Source of the DNA: Schizochytrium sp. TIO01
Lineage: Eukaryota; Protista; Bigyra: Labyrinthulomycetes
Direction: 5' to 3'
Length of the DNA stretch: 64,000 bases
Assembly (NCBI GenBank): GCA_004764695.1
Contig: SMSO01000033.1
Location: forward strand, 248,001 to 312,000
Position numbers and translations under genes: made by a program. Below are positions 1 to 10,271 of the stretch, piece after piece (within the stretch, counting starts at the first letter, position 1; each line of letters starts with the position of its first letter). The notes beneath the pieces are model-generated. The model did no database searches and was not told the origin of the DNA. It saw only the letters and a list, made by a program, of their open reading frames with translations.

Positions 1-3000
1 TCATCCTGGTCTTCCTCGTCTCCCTTTGGGTGCATGAGCCCTTCCAAAAGCTCATCGAGGATTTCATCTGCAGATTCCAAAGTTGCAGGAGCAACCGCTG
101 TGGCTCCAGAGGAAGAGGCTTCTGCTTCAGCTTCTTCGGTCTCTTCCTTTGTTGCTTCGCCTTGTTTGCCCTGGCCATGGTTTTCATCAGTAGTTACTGC
201 TATAGATGCAGCCTCTGCAGAGCCAGATTCATCCGTCCCGCCAGCAGTTTTGACCTCATCGCTCTTTTCAGTGTCGTCCGCATTTTCCGATCCATCCTTG
301 CTGTTATTGTTGGTTTCACCGGCCGCGTCAGCTGCAGAGGCGGCCAAGGCCGCTCTACGTTGATCTTCAGAAACGAGGTTATGCACAAGAGGTGGAAGCC
401 AGAACGCAAGCGAGCGTCGCACCTTCTCTGCATAAGTGCATGGTTCTTGGCCTGGAAGGCTGCGCCATACTTGACTGAAGTCTACGGCAGCGCAACTGGA
501 TTGGTCCTTCTCCTCCACCAATGTTTGCATGCGCTGGCGGGCTTCTGAGGGGAGGATGCTATCGCATACCAAATCTGCCTCAATCCGTTTGGCGGTCTTG
601 GTCAGTGTAGGTGATTCAACATAGAACCAAGAAAATTGAGAGCGGTTACTCTGCGGAAGGCGAAGGTCATACGGGCTAAAGATGAGACCAAGGAAAGGCT
701 CAAGGTTGGAAGGTCCGTCACGGAAAAGAGCTTGGTAGTTGGCCTGGTTTGCTACATCACACTGGCTAGGAACTGGTTCAAACGTAGGATGACTATGATA
801 CCAACCAACCACAGTGAGGCCATCCTTTTGAATAGCCTCTCGCAGGTTCACCTCTGTCATTGGATCCATTTCACATTCTGTGGCTCCGTCAATCATGGAG
901 CGGCCCGGGTAAGCGCCCTTGATCTCGATACTAAGCTTTTCTGCATCAAAAGTACCTGCCAAAAATCCCATTACCTCTGAGGTAGATAAGTGCGCATGAA
1001 GGTCGACTGTTGCGTAGACACTAGAATGTACCTTGACGTGGAAAGGTTGGGCCCGCGGGCCACTTGCAGGTGGGCCCTGATACTGTGACACTGGAACAAA
1101 CTCAAGAGCTTCGGAAGGCGCTTGAATGAACCGAGTTGCGGTACGCCGGCGCGAGCGATTACGAGAGTACTCTGTGCGACCGTCCGAGCCATAAACTTGC
1201 TGTTGTTTTGCCTGCTGCTTTTCCCAGGCATCTTGCTTCCTTTTAGCCGCAAGGCGTCGTCGTTCTTCAGCAGCCCCAGTGGGTCCTCTACTACGTGCCC
1301 TGCCGCCGCTGCTTGGGGTACCTTTGCCTCCGTCTTCACCATCGTCGCCATCATTGAAGCTTTTATCAACCTTTTGGCCAAGTTTGATGCCCTTGGCCTT
1401 CATACGGGCAAGCAAGACATCGTTGCGTTGACGAGCAGATAGAGTAGATAGGTCAGCAGACTCGTCCATGATATCGAATCCTTCCGGCAATCCGTCGATC
1501 TGAAAAAGCTGGGGATTTTGGGTCTGAGGGCTACTGGTGGCCTCACCCGAGTCAGTGTTAGAAGAAGATATATTGGAATCCAGGCTGGTTTTATCTGTTT
1601 GCGATTCTCCATGGCCTGGGCAGCATGGACGAGGGGAGGAGGGAATTTTCGAGGCAATCTTTGTAGCTTCATCATCTTCCTTTTTCTCCACGGCGGCATT
1701 ATCCTCCGTCGTTGACAGGGTTGCTGACACATCACCAGTAGGGTTTTCTGTATTCTCGGTCTTGACACCGTCTTGGTCACTGGTGTCCATTTTATCAGAA
1801 GCTGCGTCCACGTGTTGGTCATTCTCTGATTGCTTCTCCTCAACCTTTGGTGTGGTGCCACTAGTAACAAGGGCGTCATTAACAACAACAGATTCATCAG
1901 TTGTATTTACTGGTTCTGTTGCGTTTTCAACGGCCTCCTGTTCTCCAGCAGCTTCATCTTGGGCCTTGGCTTTGGCAACAGCTGTGCCTCGTACAGACCT
2001 CGTCCTCTTTGCAGGAGTCGTTGATACAGGTGCACGGCGTCGGCTTCTGCCACGAGTCATGTGCGTATCAGCTTCGTCTTTTTCTTGTGAAATCTTGTCC
2101 TTTTCAATAGCGTCGGGTGCCGCCGAGTATTGCGCGTGATCAACCTCCATACTCTCGGTTGTATCGTTGGCCTTTTCTGCGTCTTTGGCAAGCTCATCTG
2201 CAGAAGCCAACGCAGGTTCCGCTGCTGGGTTCTCTGCCGTTGCCGCCAGTGACTCGCCGCTCGAGGTTTGCTGTGACCCTGCCGTAGGGCTCGATGCCGC
2301 TTCGTCTGTTGCTTGGCTAGATGCTACAGCTTCCTTTTCTGGGTCCGCTGCATCTGCTTCGCCTTTATCTCCTGCCGCTACTGTTTTGCTTTGCTGCTTC
2401 TTTCCACCCTTTTTCTTTCCCAATGCTTTCTTCGTGACTTCCTTAACCACGCCATTGGAGTCCTTGTTCTCGTCCACACTCGCTGCTTCATTCTCGCTTT
2501 CTTTTAGGGCTTCTTGGCCTTGGCTTTGATCTTGAGTTTGGTCCTGAGGTTGGTCCTGAGTTTGGTCCTGAGGTTGGTCCTGAGTTTGGTCCTGAGGTTG
2601 CTCTTCATCACTGTTACCGAGCCCATCCAGTGTCTTGGTGCGTTTTGCCTTGGCCGTTTCCTCGCGGTACGCCCTCTGGCCCCTGGATCCGTGCACTCCG
2701 TATGCCCTTGCCGCTGCGGAGTTTGGATCGAGCGGTTTCCCAGAGAGTGTGTAACCTTCTCCTGATTCGCGAACCTTGTCTGGGAGGGGCTTATCTTCTT
2801 TATATAGTTTGATAAAGTATTTTTGCGCATGTGAAGCCACATCTCGAGGTTTCCTTCCCGAGTCGAGATGTTCCGCGCACTTTTTCCAGTCCCTTCCGTA
2901 GAGTCCCAGGGCCTCCTCGAACTTCTTCTCCTCACTATTGCTCCACCTCCTTGGTGCAGCCCGTTTTCCATCCTTCTTGGCGGCGCTGCCTCCGCTCTTG

Positions 3001-3314
3001 CGTCTGCGTCTGCGCTTTTTGCCTCCGCTGCCGTCACTATAGGCGTCCTCGTCGTCCTCATCGTAGTCATCCTCGCCGTCAGACCCGCGTTGCTCCTCAT
3101 AATCATCATCGACGGCGCGCCGCTTGCTCTTGGCACTGCCGGCACCGCCTGAGCGACGTCCTCCCTTCTTCTTTCGCTTGCGTCGGTTCACGTAGGCGCC
3201 GTCGTCGTCCTCATCGCTGGAGTCCAGAAAGCCCGCCATGGCCTGCATGGCGTAGTCATTGTCCTCCTGCAGCAGCTTCGCAATCAGCGCGGAGCTCGCG
3301 TCATCCATGGCCAT
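1..3314 (-). CDS. MYSM1-like Myb/SANT + MPN+(JAMM) metallo-deubiquitinase, 3'-partial (runs off left edge)
   Basis: Manual translation from ATG at 3314 (MAMDDASSALIAKLLQED). The same frame holds at every point checked down to position 1. Myb repeat RWSNSEEKKFEEALGLYGRDWKKCAEHL...SHAQKYFIKLY (~2800-2935). JAMM domain DLHAHLSTSEVMGFLAG ... VVGWYHSHPTFEPVPSQCD (~755-1005). Absent from ORF track because no stop lies in the window. Confidence 0.9.
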   Translation of the reverse strand, partial: MAMDDASSALIAKLLQEDNDYAMQAMAGFLDSSDEDDDGAYVNRRKRKKKGGRRSGGAGSAKSKRRAVDDDYEEQRGSDGEDDYDEDDEDAYSDGSGGKKRRRRRKSGGSAAKKDGKRAAPRRWSNSEEKKFEEALGLYGRDWKKCAEHLDSGRKPRDVASHAQKYFIKLYKEDKPLPDKVRESGEGYTLSGKPLDPNSAAARAYGVHGSRGQRAYREETAKAKRTKTLDGLGNSDEEQPQDQTQDQPQDQTQDQPQDQTQDQSQGQEALKESENEAASVDENKDSNGVVKEVTKKALGKKKGGKKQQSKTVAAGDKGEADAADPEKEAVASSQATDEAASSPTAGSQQTSSGESLAATAENPAAEPALASADELAKDAEKANDTTESMEVDHAQYSAAPDAIEKDKISQEKDEADTHMTRGRSRRRAPVSTTPAKRTRSVRGTAVAKAKAQDEAAGEQEAVENATEPVNTTDESVVVNDALVTSGTTPKVEEKQSENDQHVDAASDKMDTSDQDGVKTENTENPTGDVSATLSTTEDNAAVEKKEDDEATKIASKIPSSPRPCCPGHGESQTDKTSLDSNISSSNTDSGEATSSPQTQNPQLFQIDGLPEGFDIMDESADLSTLSARQRNDVLLARMKAKGIKLGQKVDKSFNDGDDGEDGGKGTPSSGGRARSRGPTGAAEERRRLAAKRKQDAWEKQQAKQQQVYGSDGRTEYSRNRSRRRTATRFIQAPSEALEFVPVSQYQGPPASGPRAQPFHVKVHSSVYATVDLHAHLSTSEVMGFLAGTFDAEKLSIEIKGAYPGRSMIDGATECEMDPMTEVNLREAIQKDGLTVVGWYHSHPTFEPVPSQCDVANQANYQALFRDGPSNLEPFLGLIFSPYDLRLPQSNRSQFSWFYVESPTLTKTAKRIEADLVCDSILPSEARQRMQTLVEEKDQSSCAAVDFSQVWRSLPGQEPCTYAEKVRRSLAFWLPPLVHNLVSEDQRRAALAASAADAAGETNNNSKDGSENADDTEKSDEVKTAGGTDESGSAEAASIAVTTDENHGQGKQGEATKEETEEAEAEASSSGATAVAPATLESADEILDELLEGLMHPKGDEEDQD
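2530..2600 (-). repeat. 12-bp coding tandem repeat (QPQD/QTQD) inside the MYSM1-like linker
   Basis: ttggtcctgagg / ttggtcctgagt units repeated about 5 times. Confidence 0.85.
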
Positions 3315-3825
3315 GGTCGCCTGCACGGCCCGCAGCAATTCTCCACTACCCTGCCCGTGCCAGCGCTTCCCTCCCTTCGCAGGCTCCGCAGTCAACTACT
3401 CTTGAGAGCGAGCGATGGATGGATGGGCTCCTCAAGAGGGCGATCGTCAATGGAGATGCTTCGAATCAGCTTTGAATTTGAATCCCAGTCGGCAGGAATT
3501 ATTGACGGAATGAATGAATGAATCAATCAATCAATGCCAATCCTAGAGTCCACGCAGCCAGGCTGCAGGCCGCTGGCTCCGCGCCCGCTTCAGGTGCCGC
3601 GAGGTGCGCGGCTCAGCGCTCGCTCGCGCAGAGGTGATCGATGTACGCGGGGTGTCGCCTTTTCGATTCTGCTGCCGTCCGTCAGTCTCAAATTCAAATT
3701 CAAATTTCAAGCGAAAACATGAGAGGGAAAAGGAAATAACTTTCAAAAGCACTCACTCCTCAATCAATCGTCCATACTTCCTTTAAACCAAACAAAGAAG
3801 CTAAGTAAACAATTCCTGCGGCCTC

Positions 3826-3908
3826 AGATACATACAGACATACAGACATACAGACATACAGACAGACAAACAAACAAACAGACAGACAGACAAACATACA
3901 TACATACG
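3826..3908. repeat. Compound tetranucleotide microsatellite (CATA/CAGA/CAAA)n
   Basis: Read directly from sequence. Confidence 0.85.
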
Positions 3909-6611
3909 CAAAGCTCTTTCGACTTGAAAAGAAAAGAATTCAAATTCGAGTTCGAAGATTTGAATTTTATTTTCTTTTCAATTCCACTTCGCCCCTCGAG
4001 GCCCCACGCTCCGGGGCCCGCGGCGCCCAGACCCAGGCTGTCGAGGGGGCTGCGGCCATCGCCTACTGCCTGCCTGCCTGCCTGCCTGCCGCCGCTGCCG
4101 CTGCCTGAAGCAAGATGCCAAGCTCTTGAAACTCGAGAGTAGTATCCGAGGCACCTCATCATTCATTCTTTCCAAAGATCAATCAAAGGGAAAGAAAGAG
4201 AGGAAGAAAGAAAGATCGAGTGACAGTTAGGTTAAGTGGCCTATCTTCCTTAGCCGAGCCTTAGCGCGGTGCTAAGCGGGCATTGGTTTGCAGTGGAACC
4301 CAAAGAAAGCACCACGATCTTTCTTTCCAATGCACAATGGTTGCTGCCTCTGCTCGAGAAGACCGCCGACAGAGGAGCAGGCAGGGCCAGCAGGGCCCGC
4401 TTAGCACCTGCGAGGCAGGAAAACCATCGCCAGGTACCCTCAGGGCGCATCGCACAGGCTGGGTTCGAAAGAGGCCTATTCTCTTGTTCATTCAGGCAGC
4501 CCCTCTTTTTTCCTTTCCCCTTTCGAACAGGAATCAAACCTGATTCGCGAGAGGAACATCATGTGAGCATGCGAGCTACGAGCGACCTTTCCAGCTAACC
4601 TTTTGACAGCAAACCTCCCAGGTCGGGTGTGCGAAAGGGTTTCTGGCATGGCCAAGCGCACTTTGCAGAGGCGAGCTTGAAGGTTTCCATAGTTGGTCTT
4701 GAACGCATGCTAGTAGAGTTTCTCTTACTGTCGATTGCACTGCAGCGACGCAAAGCAGCGGCACGATCTTTTGACTGCTAGAGTGAAGACGTACAGTGGT
4801 GATACCTCTGAGTTAGTTCTCAAAGAATTGATGCATACGATACGGAGAGGGGTATGAAAGAAGCAGAATATAATGAAAGCATCATGAGGAGGTCAAACCT
4901 TCTGTCCTGGAATACAAAATCTTGCATCCAAATAAGGACAAATGGTCTGGTGCACTTCTTGCAACTATGTTGAGCTGGTTCTTTCATGGTTTGGATGTGC
5001 AGGGCAGTCTCCTCCAAATGACAATAGAAACCTTTTCTCTCTCTGTCCAAATCCAAATAGACCAGTCATAGTCAGGGAGGATACATGTCATGTGTTCGAG
5101 CCTTTCGAAGGTCTAATTGACTTCAAAGGTATGACATCTTCTTTGCATGAGTCAGTTTGTCTGTTCGCGAATTCATTTGATATACCAAAGCCAAATCATT
5201 ATAGGATTCTGAATACGTTAAATGCATTTCTAAGTGTTTCATATTTCGTCTGCGCTTCCATTTCCTTGTCGCGCAAAGAGAAAGGGTTTTGCTTATTTCT
5301 CTGAATAACGCAGGTGTTTCCTCATATATACCACCTGTGAAGAGAATAGTAGCTAGTAAGTATCCTACAACCTACCAAGTGTGTCTCTAGAGCTAGGCAC
5401 CATCATCCTCTGCCTTCATCAAAGAGTATTTGCAATAATGGGTAGTCTTCAAACTCTCTGTTTTGCGCTTCTCCTGTCTTATGCAGACAATCATCATGGC
5501 GGTAGCTTTATCAGCCTTTGCGTTTGATTCCTTGCATCATTGATCGCATCTTTTGTATTCGTACACACTCTTGTGCTCTTCTTCTTCTTCTTCTCAAATA
5601 CTACCTTACAAAGTAAGTAGCGCTATGAAGGAAGGTACCTACGGAGGTCCTACTATTCTAGATATATACCACTACCTCCTCATTTGGTATTGTGCACTTC
5701 TTGACTCCAGAATCTCTTTTCAATTTGTTTTCTCTATATTAGGTAAGTATGTAATACTAGTGCAAGTATTGTTTAATTTTGTTCGCACAATCATTCATAG
5801 GACTTTGATTATTTTAAATAAGAAGAATACTTTTTAAAGTATAGCTAGGCCTACTGCTACTCCTATTGTGTTTAAAGCAGTAATTCAATTTAGGACACTT
5901 GTCATAGTGTGACTGGGTGGGTACTTTTATAGTTCAAGGTAGGTGGTGCATAGTACTAGATAGCGCGTGTGTGGAAATAAAATACACTGTATTCCTGGTT
6001 ATGCATAAGTAGGAACAGGCAATGATTAGCTGATAGGCCTATGACGTAAGTAGTACTGTGTGTTTGTATTTTAATATTAAAAAGAGACTGAGATTAAAAT
6101 ACGCGCATTTGCGGGATAATTTCTTTTTTAAAACTGTTTTTTTAGAATTAAAAAAAAAGCTTGTACAAAAAGAGGTAAAATCAATTGTGCAAGCAAGAGA
6201 CGCCACGGAGGCAAAGCAATCTGGCAACTATCTCGGCGCTCGTCTCGCGCTCGAGCTGTACGGCAGCGCGATCAGGCAGGCGATCTCGCCTCGCTTTCAT
6301 ACCTAACCTTTAGCGTGGGTATCCCACCCACCTGTACCCGGAGCACCAGACTGGAGCCCACGTGTGCAGGACACTGTCCGTCATCCGCACAACAGTCGCA
6401 TTTATAGCTTGTTTAGGTACTCTATCAGAACTGTCGCTCGTGGCACTCTGATCTATAGCCTAGTTGTCACGAAGATTAACTCAGTATAGAGTTGCTTCTT
6501 TAAATCCAGAATTTCTTTCTGCTAAGCTACATCAGCGGGAGCTTGGTATATAGCTCAAGAACAAACAGTTGATTACATATCAGTTTGGATAGACCCACCA
6601 AATTCTTTAAA

Positions 6612-8243
6612 ATGAGCGCTAACCAAAACCTCACGCTCTCTATCCAGGTGCCTCACTTTGTGACGAGCATGCTGGAGACCATTCCTGGAGCAACGGAATA
6701 TCTCAAGTGGTGGATTAACCTCTGGCGCGAGAACCCCGTGCACCTTCTTGTGGAGACCACGCTCATTCTTCTCATCCTCTACATCCTTCTGCAGCGTCCC
6801 AGTAAGAAGAAATCAAAGATGGAGACTCTTCCTGCCGCTGTGGCTCAGGAGCTTCTCAATGAGTATGAGCCCGAGCCTCTGTGCCCTCCCATGAATGAGA
6901 ACGCTCGCATGGTTCTTGAAGATACAGTTCTGATCGAGAGCAAGCCTGCAAAGTACGTCAAGGTTGAGGGCCAGGACAAGGAGCTTCTTAACCTCACCAC
7001 GATGGACTTTTTGGGCTTCAGCCAGCGTCCCGAGATCCACAAGTCTGCCAAAGATGCCTTGAACAAGTATGGCTGCGGATCCTGTGGTCCTCGTGGCTTC
7101 TACGGCTCCATTGATGTGCACGTTTTTCTTGAGCGTGACCTCGCTAACTTTTTCGGTACTGATGAGTGCATTGTGTACTCTGATGCAGACTCGACGGCTT
7201 CGAGTTCTATTCCTGCCTTTTCGAACCGTGCTGACCTTCTCGTCGTCGACGAAGCTGTAAATGAAGCCATCTTGACCGGCCTGAACCTGTCTCGCAGCCG
7301 TGTCTTGTTTTTCAAGCACAACGACATGGAAGACCTTACCCGCGTTCTTGAAAGGGTTGCCGAGGAGGACCGTCGCCTTAAGCGCAAGCCTCAGCGTCGC
7401 TTCATCGTGGTAGAAGGTCTTTACCGCAACTACGGTGATATTTGCCCTCTTGATGAGGTTGTGCAGCTCAAGAATAAGTTCAAGTGGCGTCTCTTTGTGG
7501 ACGAGAGCTACTCTATTGGTATCTTCGGTGCAAACGGCAAGGGTGTAGCCGAACACTTTGGTATTCCCATCTCGGAAATCGACCTCTTTGTCTCTTCACT
7601 TAGTACAACAATGTCTTCTGTTGGTGGATTCTGTGTTGGTTCTCGTGAGGTTGTCGAGCACCAGCGTCTTAGTGGCGCTGGTTACTGCTTTTCAGCTAGT
7701 TCGCCACCTTTTGTTTCCACCGTCGCTTCCGAGGTTCTTACTCTCATGTCGAAGGAGGCGCGCACAAAGCTCATGCCGGCACTCAAACGTAACGCGCAGC
7801 ACTTTCACAACGAGATCCGCAAGCTTGGTGCTGAGGAGCTTGTTACCGTGAGTAACCCATCTTCGGCCCTTGTCCATGTCCGCTTGGCTCCTAAGTACCA
7901 GCTTGCTGAAGAAGGTTCTGAGTATGACGACGCCACCCGATGTGCAGAGGACAAGACTCTGCGTAAGATCACCACATTGATGCGCGACGAGGGTGTTCTT
8001 GCCACTGTGGCAAACTATATCACCTCTTCTGATCCTGCTAAACAAATGATCAGTAATGTCAAGCGCCCGGCTCTCCCACCGCCGTCGATTCGTTTTGCGT
8101 TGACTGCGATCCATGATCAGAATGAGCTGACCAAGGCCGCGCAAGCTCTTGTCAAGTGTACACGAATTGCTCTCAAGGATCACCCGACCTCCAGTCCTTC
8201 TGTGGAAACCGCGCCCACCGATAACCTTCGCCGTCGTAGGTAG
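6612..8243 (+). CDS. LCB1: Serine palmitoyltransferase subunit 1 (LCB1/SPTLC1 type)
   Basis: N-terminal TM segment (HLLVETTLILLILYILL). YGCGSCGPRGFYGSIDVH signature, FKHNDMEDL, RRFIVVEGLY, VDESYSIG, QRLSGAGYCFSASSPP. The PLP-lysine position is not Lys (SSLSTTMSSVGG), as expected for LCB1 rather than LCB2. First ATG at 6612. Confidence 0.95.
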   Translation: MSANQNLTLSIQVPHFVTSMLETIPGATEYLKWWINLWRENPVHLLVETTLILLILYILLQRPSKKKSKMETLPAAVAQELLNEYEPEPLCPPMNENARMVLEDTVLIESKPAKYVKVEGQDKELLNLTTMDFLGFSQRPEIHKSAKDALNKYGCGSCGPRGFYGSIDVHVFLERDLANFFGTDECIVYSDADSTASSSIPAFSNRADLLVVDEAVNEAILTGLNLSRSRVLFFKHNDMEDLTRVLERVAEEDRRLKRKPQRRFIVVEGLYRNYGDICPLDEVVQLKNKFKWRLFVDESYSIGIFGANGKGVAEHFGIPISEIDLFVSSLSTTMSSVGGFCVGSREVVEHQRLSGAGYCFSASSPPFVSTVASEVLTLMSKEARTKLMPALKRNAQHFHNEIRKLGAEELVTVSNPSSALVHVRLAPKYQLAEEGSEYDDATRCAEDKTLRKITTLMRDEGVLATVANYITSSDPAKQMISNVKRPALPPPSIRFALTAIHDQNELTKAAQALVKCTRIALKDHPTSSPSVETAPTDNLRRRR

Positions 8244-8582
8244 AGCATGCTATTGCTTGTACGCGACTGTTTCTGAATCAAATGCCACACAATCAAACAT
8301 TATAATGCATTCCCAAAACAAATCTTGGAACTGTTATTTTTACCCATTGTTCTCTTTGCTCGATTACGATCTATGAGGGATAGGAGGAAATTCTTAGACT
8401 TTTCACAATCAAGACATATAATATTGTCTCTTGCTGTGTAACTAGACCGACCACCTTGCAGAAACATTGTACAAGTATTTGCAGAGTCCTTTGTGACACG
8501 GAGGCGACCACGGGAGGTCCTGAACGTTGCAGTTTTGCGAAAAGCAAAAGGAAAAAAAAAAATGACTTTACAATCAGATTTA

Positions 8583-9281
8583 CTACAAAAGGGAATCTAG
8601 AAAAGTAGATACCGGCTGCAGAAGTTTCTTCTCCTCACCATGCCAAAAATGGTCTACATTATCAAAGACCTCCACTTTCCCCGGGTGATCCATCCCTGTA
8701 ACAAAGCTCTCAAGACTGTTAACATTTGCGAATTGGTCATCTTTTCCAATAAGGAAGAGTTTTGGAAGGTTGCGATCTGCAAGCTTAAAGTGAGAACCCA
8801 AAGCACAGCTTGCTACGCGCCCATAAGGATATGACACTGCAACATAGCCTTTTAAGCCATCGCAATCCACACCACACCCTACTGCTGAGCCAAAACTATA
8901 TCCTACGAGACCCACGCCTTGAATATCCGGCTGTTGTTTCAGGAATTCCAGAGCTGCTTTGACATCTTTCCGTTCATCTTTGCCAGCCCACGAAGAACTT
9001 CCTTGAGAGTTGCCAACTCCTCTGAAATTAATTGCCAGGATGGTGAAGCCTTGCTTTGTTAGCCCTCGTGCAAGAGCAGTCACCACGTTGTTGTGCATGT
9101 CTCCACCAAGTTTCGGGTGTGGGTGTGTTAACAACACGCCAAGATGACGACGCTGCTCCTGCAGCTCCTCCCGTGAAGAAGGCAATGGAGATTCTGGGGG
9201 GATTAGAAGGACGCCTTCCAGCTCGACGCCATCCTCGGTCTTGACGCGCACCTCGCGCACGGATCCCGACGGAGCAGACAT
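8583..9281 (-). CDS. Small alpha/beta-fold hydrolase (COG2945-like)
   Basis: THPHPKLGGDMHNNVV, NFRGVGNSQG, nucleophile elbow GYSFG, acid GKDDQF, His VDHFW. First ATG at 9281. Confidence 0.9.
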   Translation of the reverse strand: MSAPSGSVREVRVKTEDGVELEGVLLIPPESPLPSSREELQEQRRHLGVLLTHPHPKLGGDMHNNVVTALARGLTKQGFTILAINFRGVGNSQGSSSWAGKDERKDVKAALEFLKQQPDIQGVGLVGYSFGSAVGCGVDCDGLKGYVAVSYPYGRVASCALGSHFKLADRNLPKLFLIGKDDQFANVNSLESFVTGMDHPGKVEVFDNVDHFWHGEEKKLLQPVSTFLDSLL

Positions 9282-9908
9282 TGAGTTCAAGATCCAAGTT
9301 CAACTTTGCAGATTTGTTGCTATGAAAAGAGCAAAAATAAAAATCACACAGATATTTTTATTTAGTTTTAGTTTTAATCTGAAAAAGAAAAGAAAAGAAA
9401 AGAAAAGAGCACTACAACATGCCCAAAAGATAATGTATGTATCCTGTGTAGTGCCCACATATGTATTTTGCAGCTCATTGTTTGCTTTGGTTACGCTATA
9501 AAGGTTCCTGCACTATTTCAATTTATTCCTATTCATTGTTACTTTAAAAGGTAAGAAAGGAAAGAAATAAGAGCTCATTTAGGTAGCGAAGAAGACCAAA
9601 ATAGTGAATGAGAACAGCACAACTTGAAGAAATTTAGTTGTGAGACTATGCAACATAACGACGAATAAGAAATTCAAGAAACACGTCATGTCCATACCAA
9701 CTGTGGAGGAAAGGTGTAAGTTGCTTTACTGAAAACAAGAACCTTAGCAAAATGATGGAGCAGGCTATGTAGAACTCGTGCCGAGTAATTCTGTCAAGTA
9801 GTGAGTGTTTCTGCAGCAAAAGCAGCTTTCAGCTTAAAACAAACATGTATAATGCCAGAGTAGGGCACTTTTGGTCTAAGGGTTCCCAACGATGAAGAAA
9901 TCATTACC

Positions 9909-9909
<1 letters not shown>

Positions 9910-9942
<33 letters not shown>
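9910..9942. repeat. (TTA)n microsatellite
   Basis: Read directly from sequence. Confidence 0.9.
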
Positions 9943-9945
<3 letters not shown>

Positions 9946-10271
9946 TATTCGTGATACTAGGGACTTCATGTCTCGTCGCTCACATGTCGCATAAGAATTT
10001 GGTTTTGAAGGTGTATGGTAGGTACTCCTAACTATTATGTAGTAGTCATGTTCAGAACTACTTGTTCCATATGTTCCACAAGTTCTACCACCTTAACCGT
10101 GACAGTGTTTCATCGCAGCATTGAGAAGAAACCCTCTCGCTTGCGACAATTCTGCTTCGAGGGAAGATGCCAAACCAGCCTGGGTAGCGTGGCTCTCTAA
10201 TCATCCTCGGCCCTGTTCGTTGAGGCTCATCCTTGGGGTATTGGATCTTCTTCATTCGCTCCGCAACGTCG

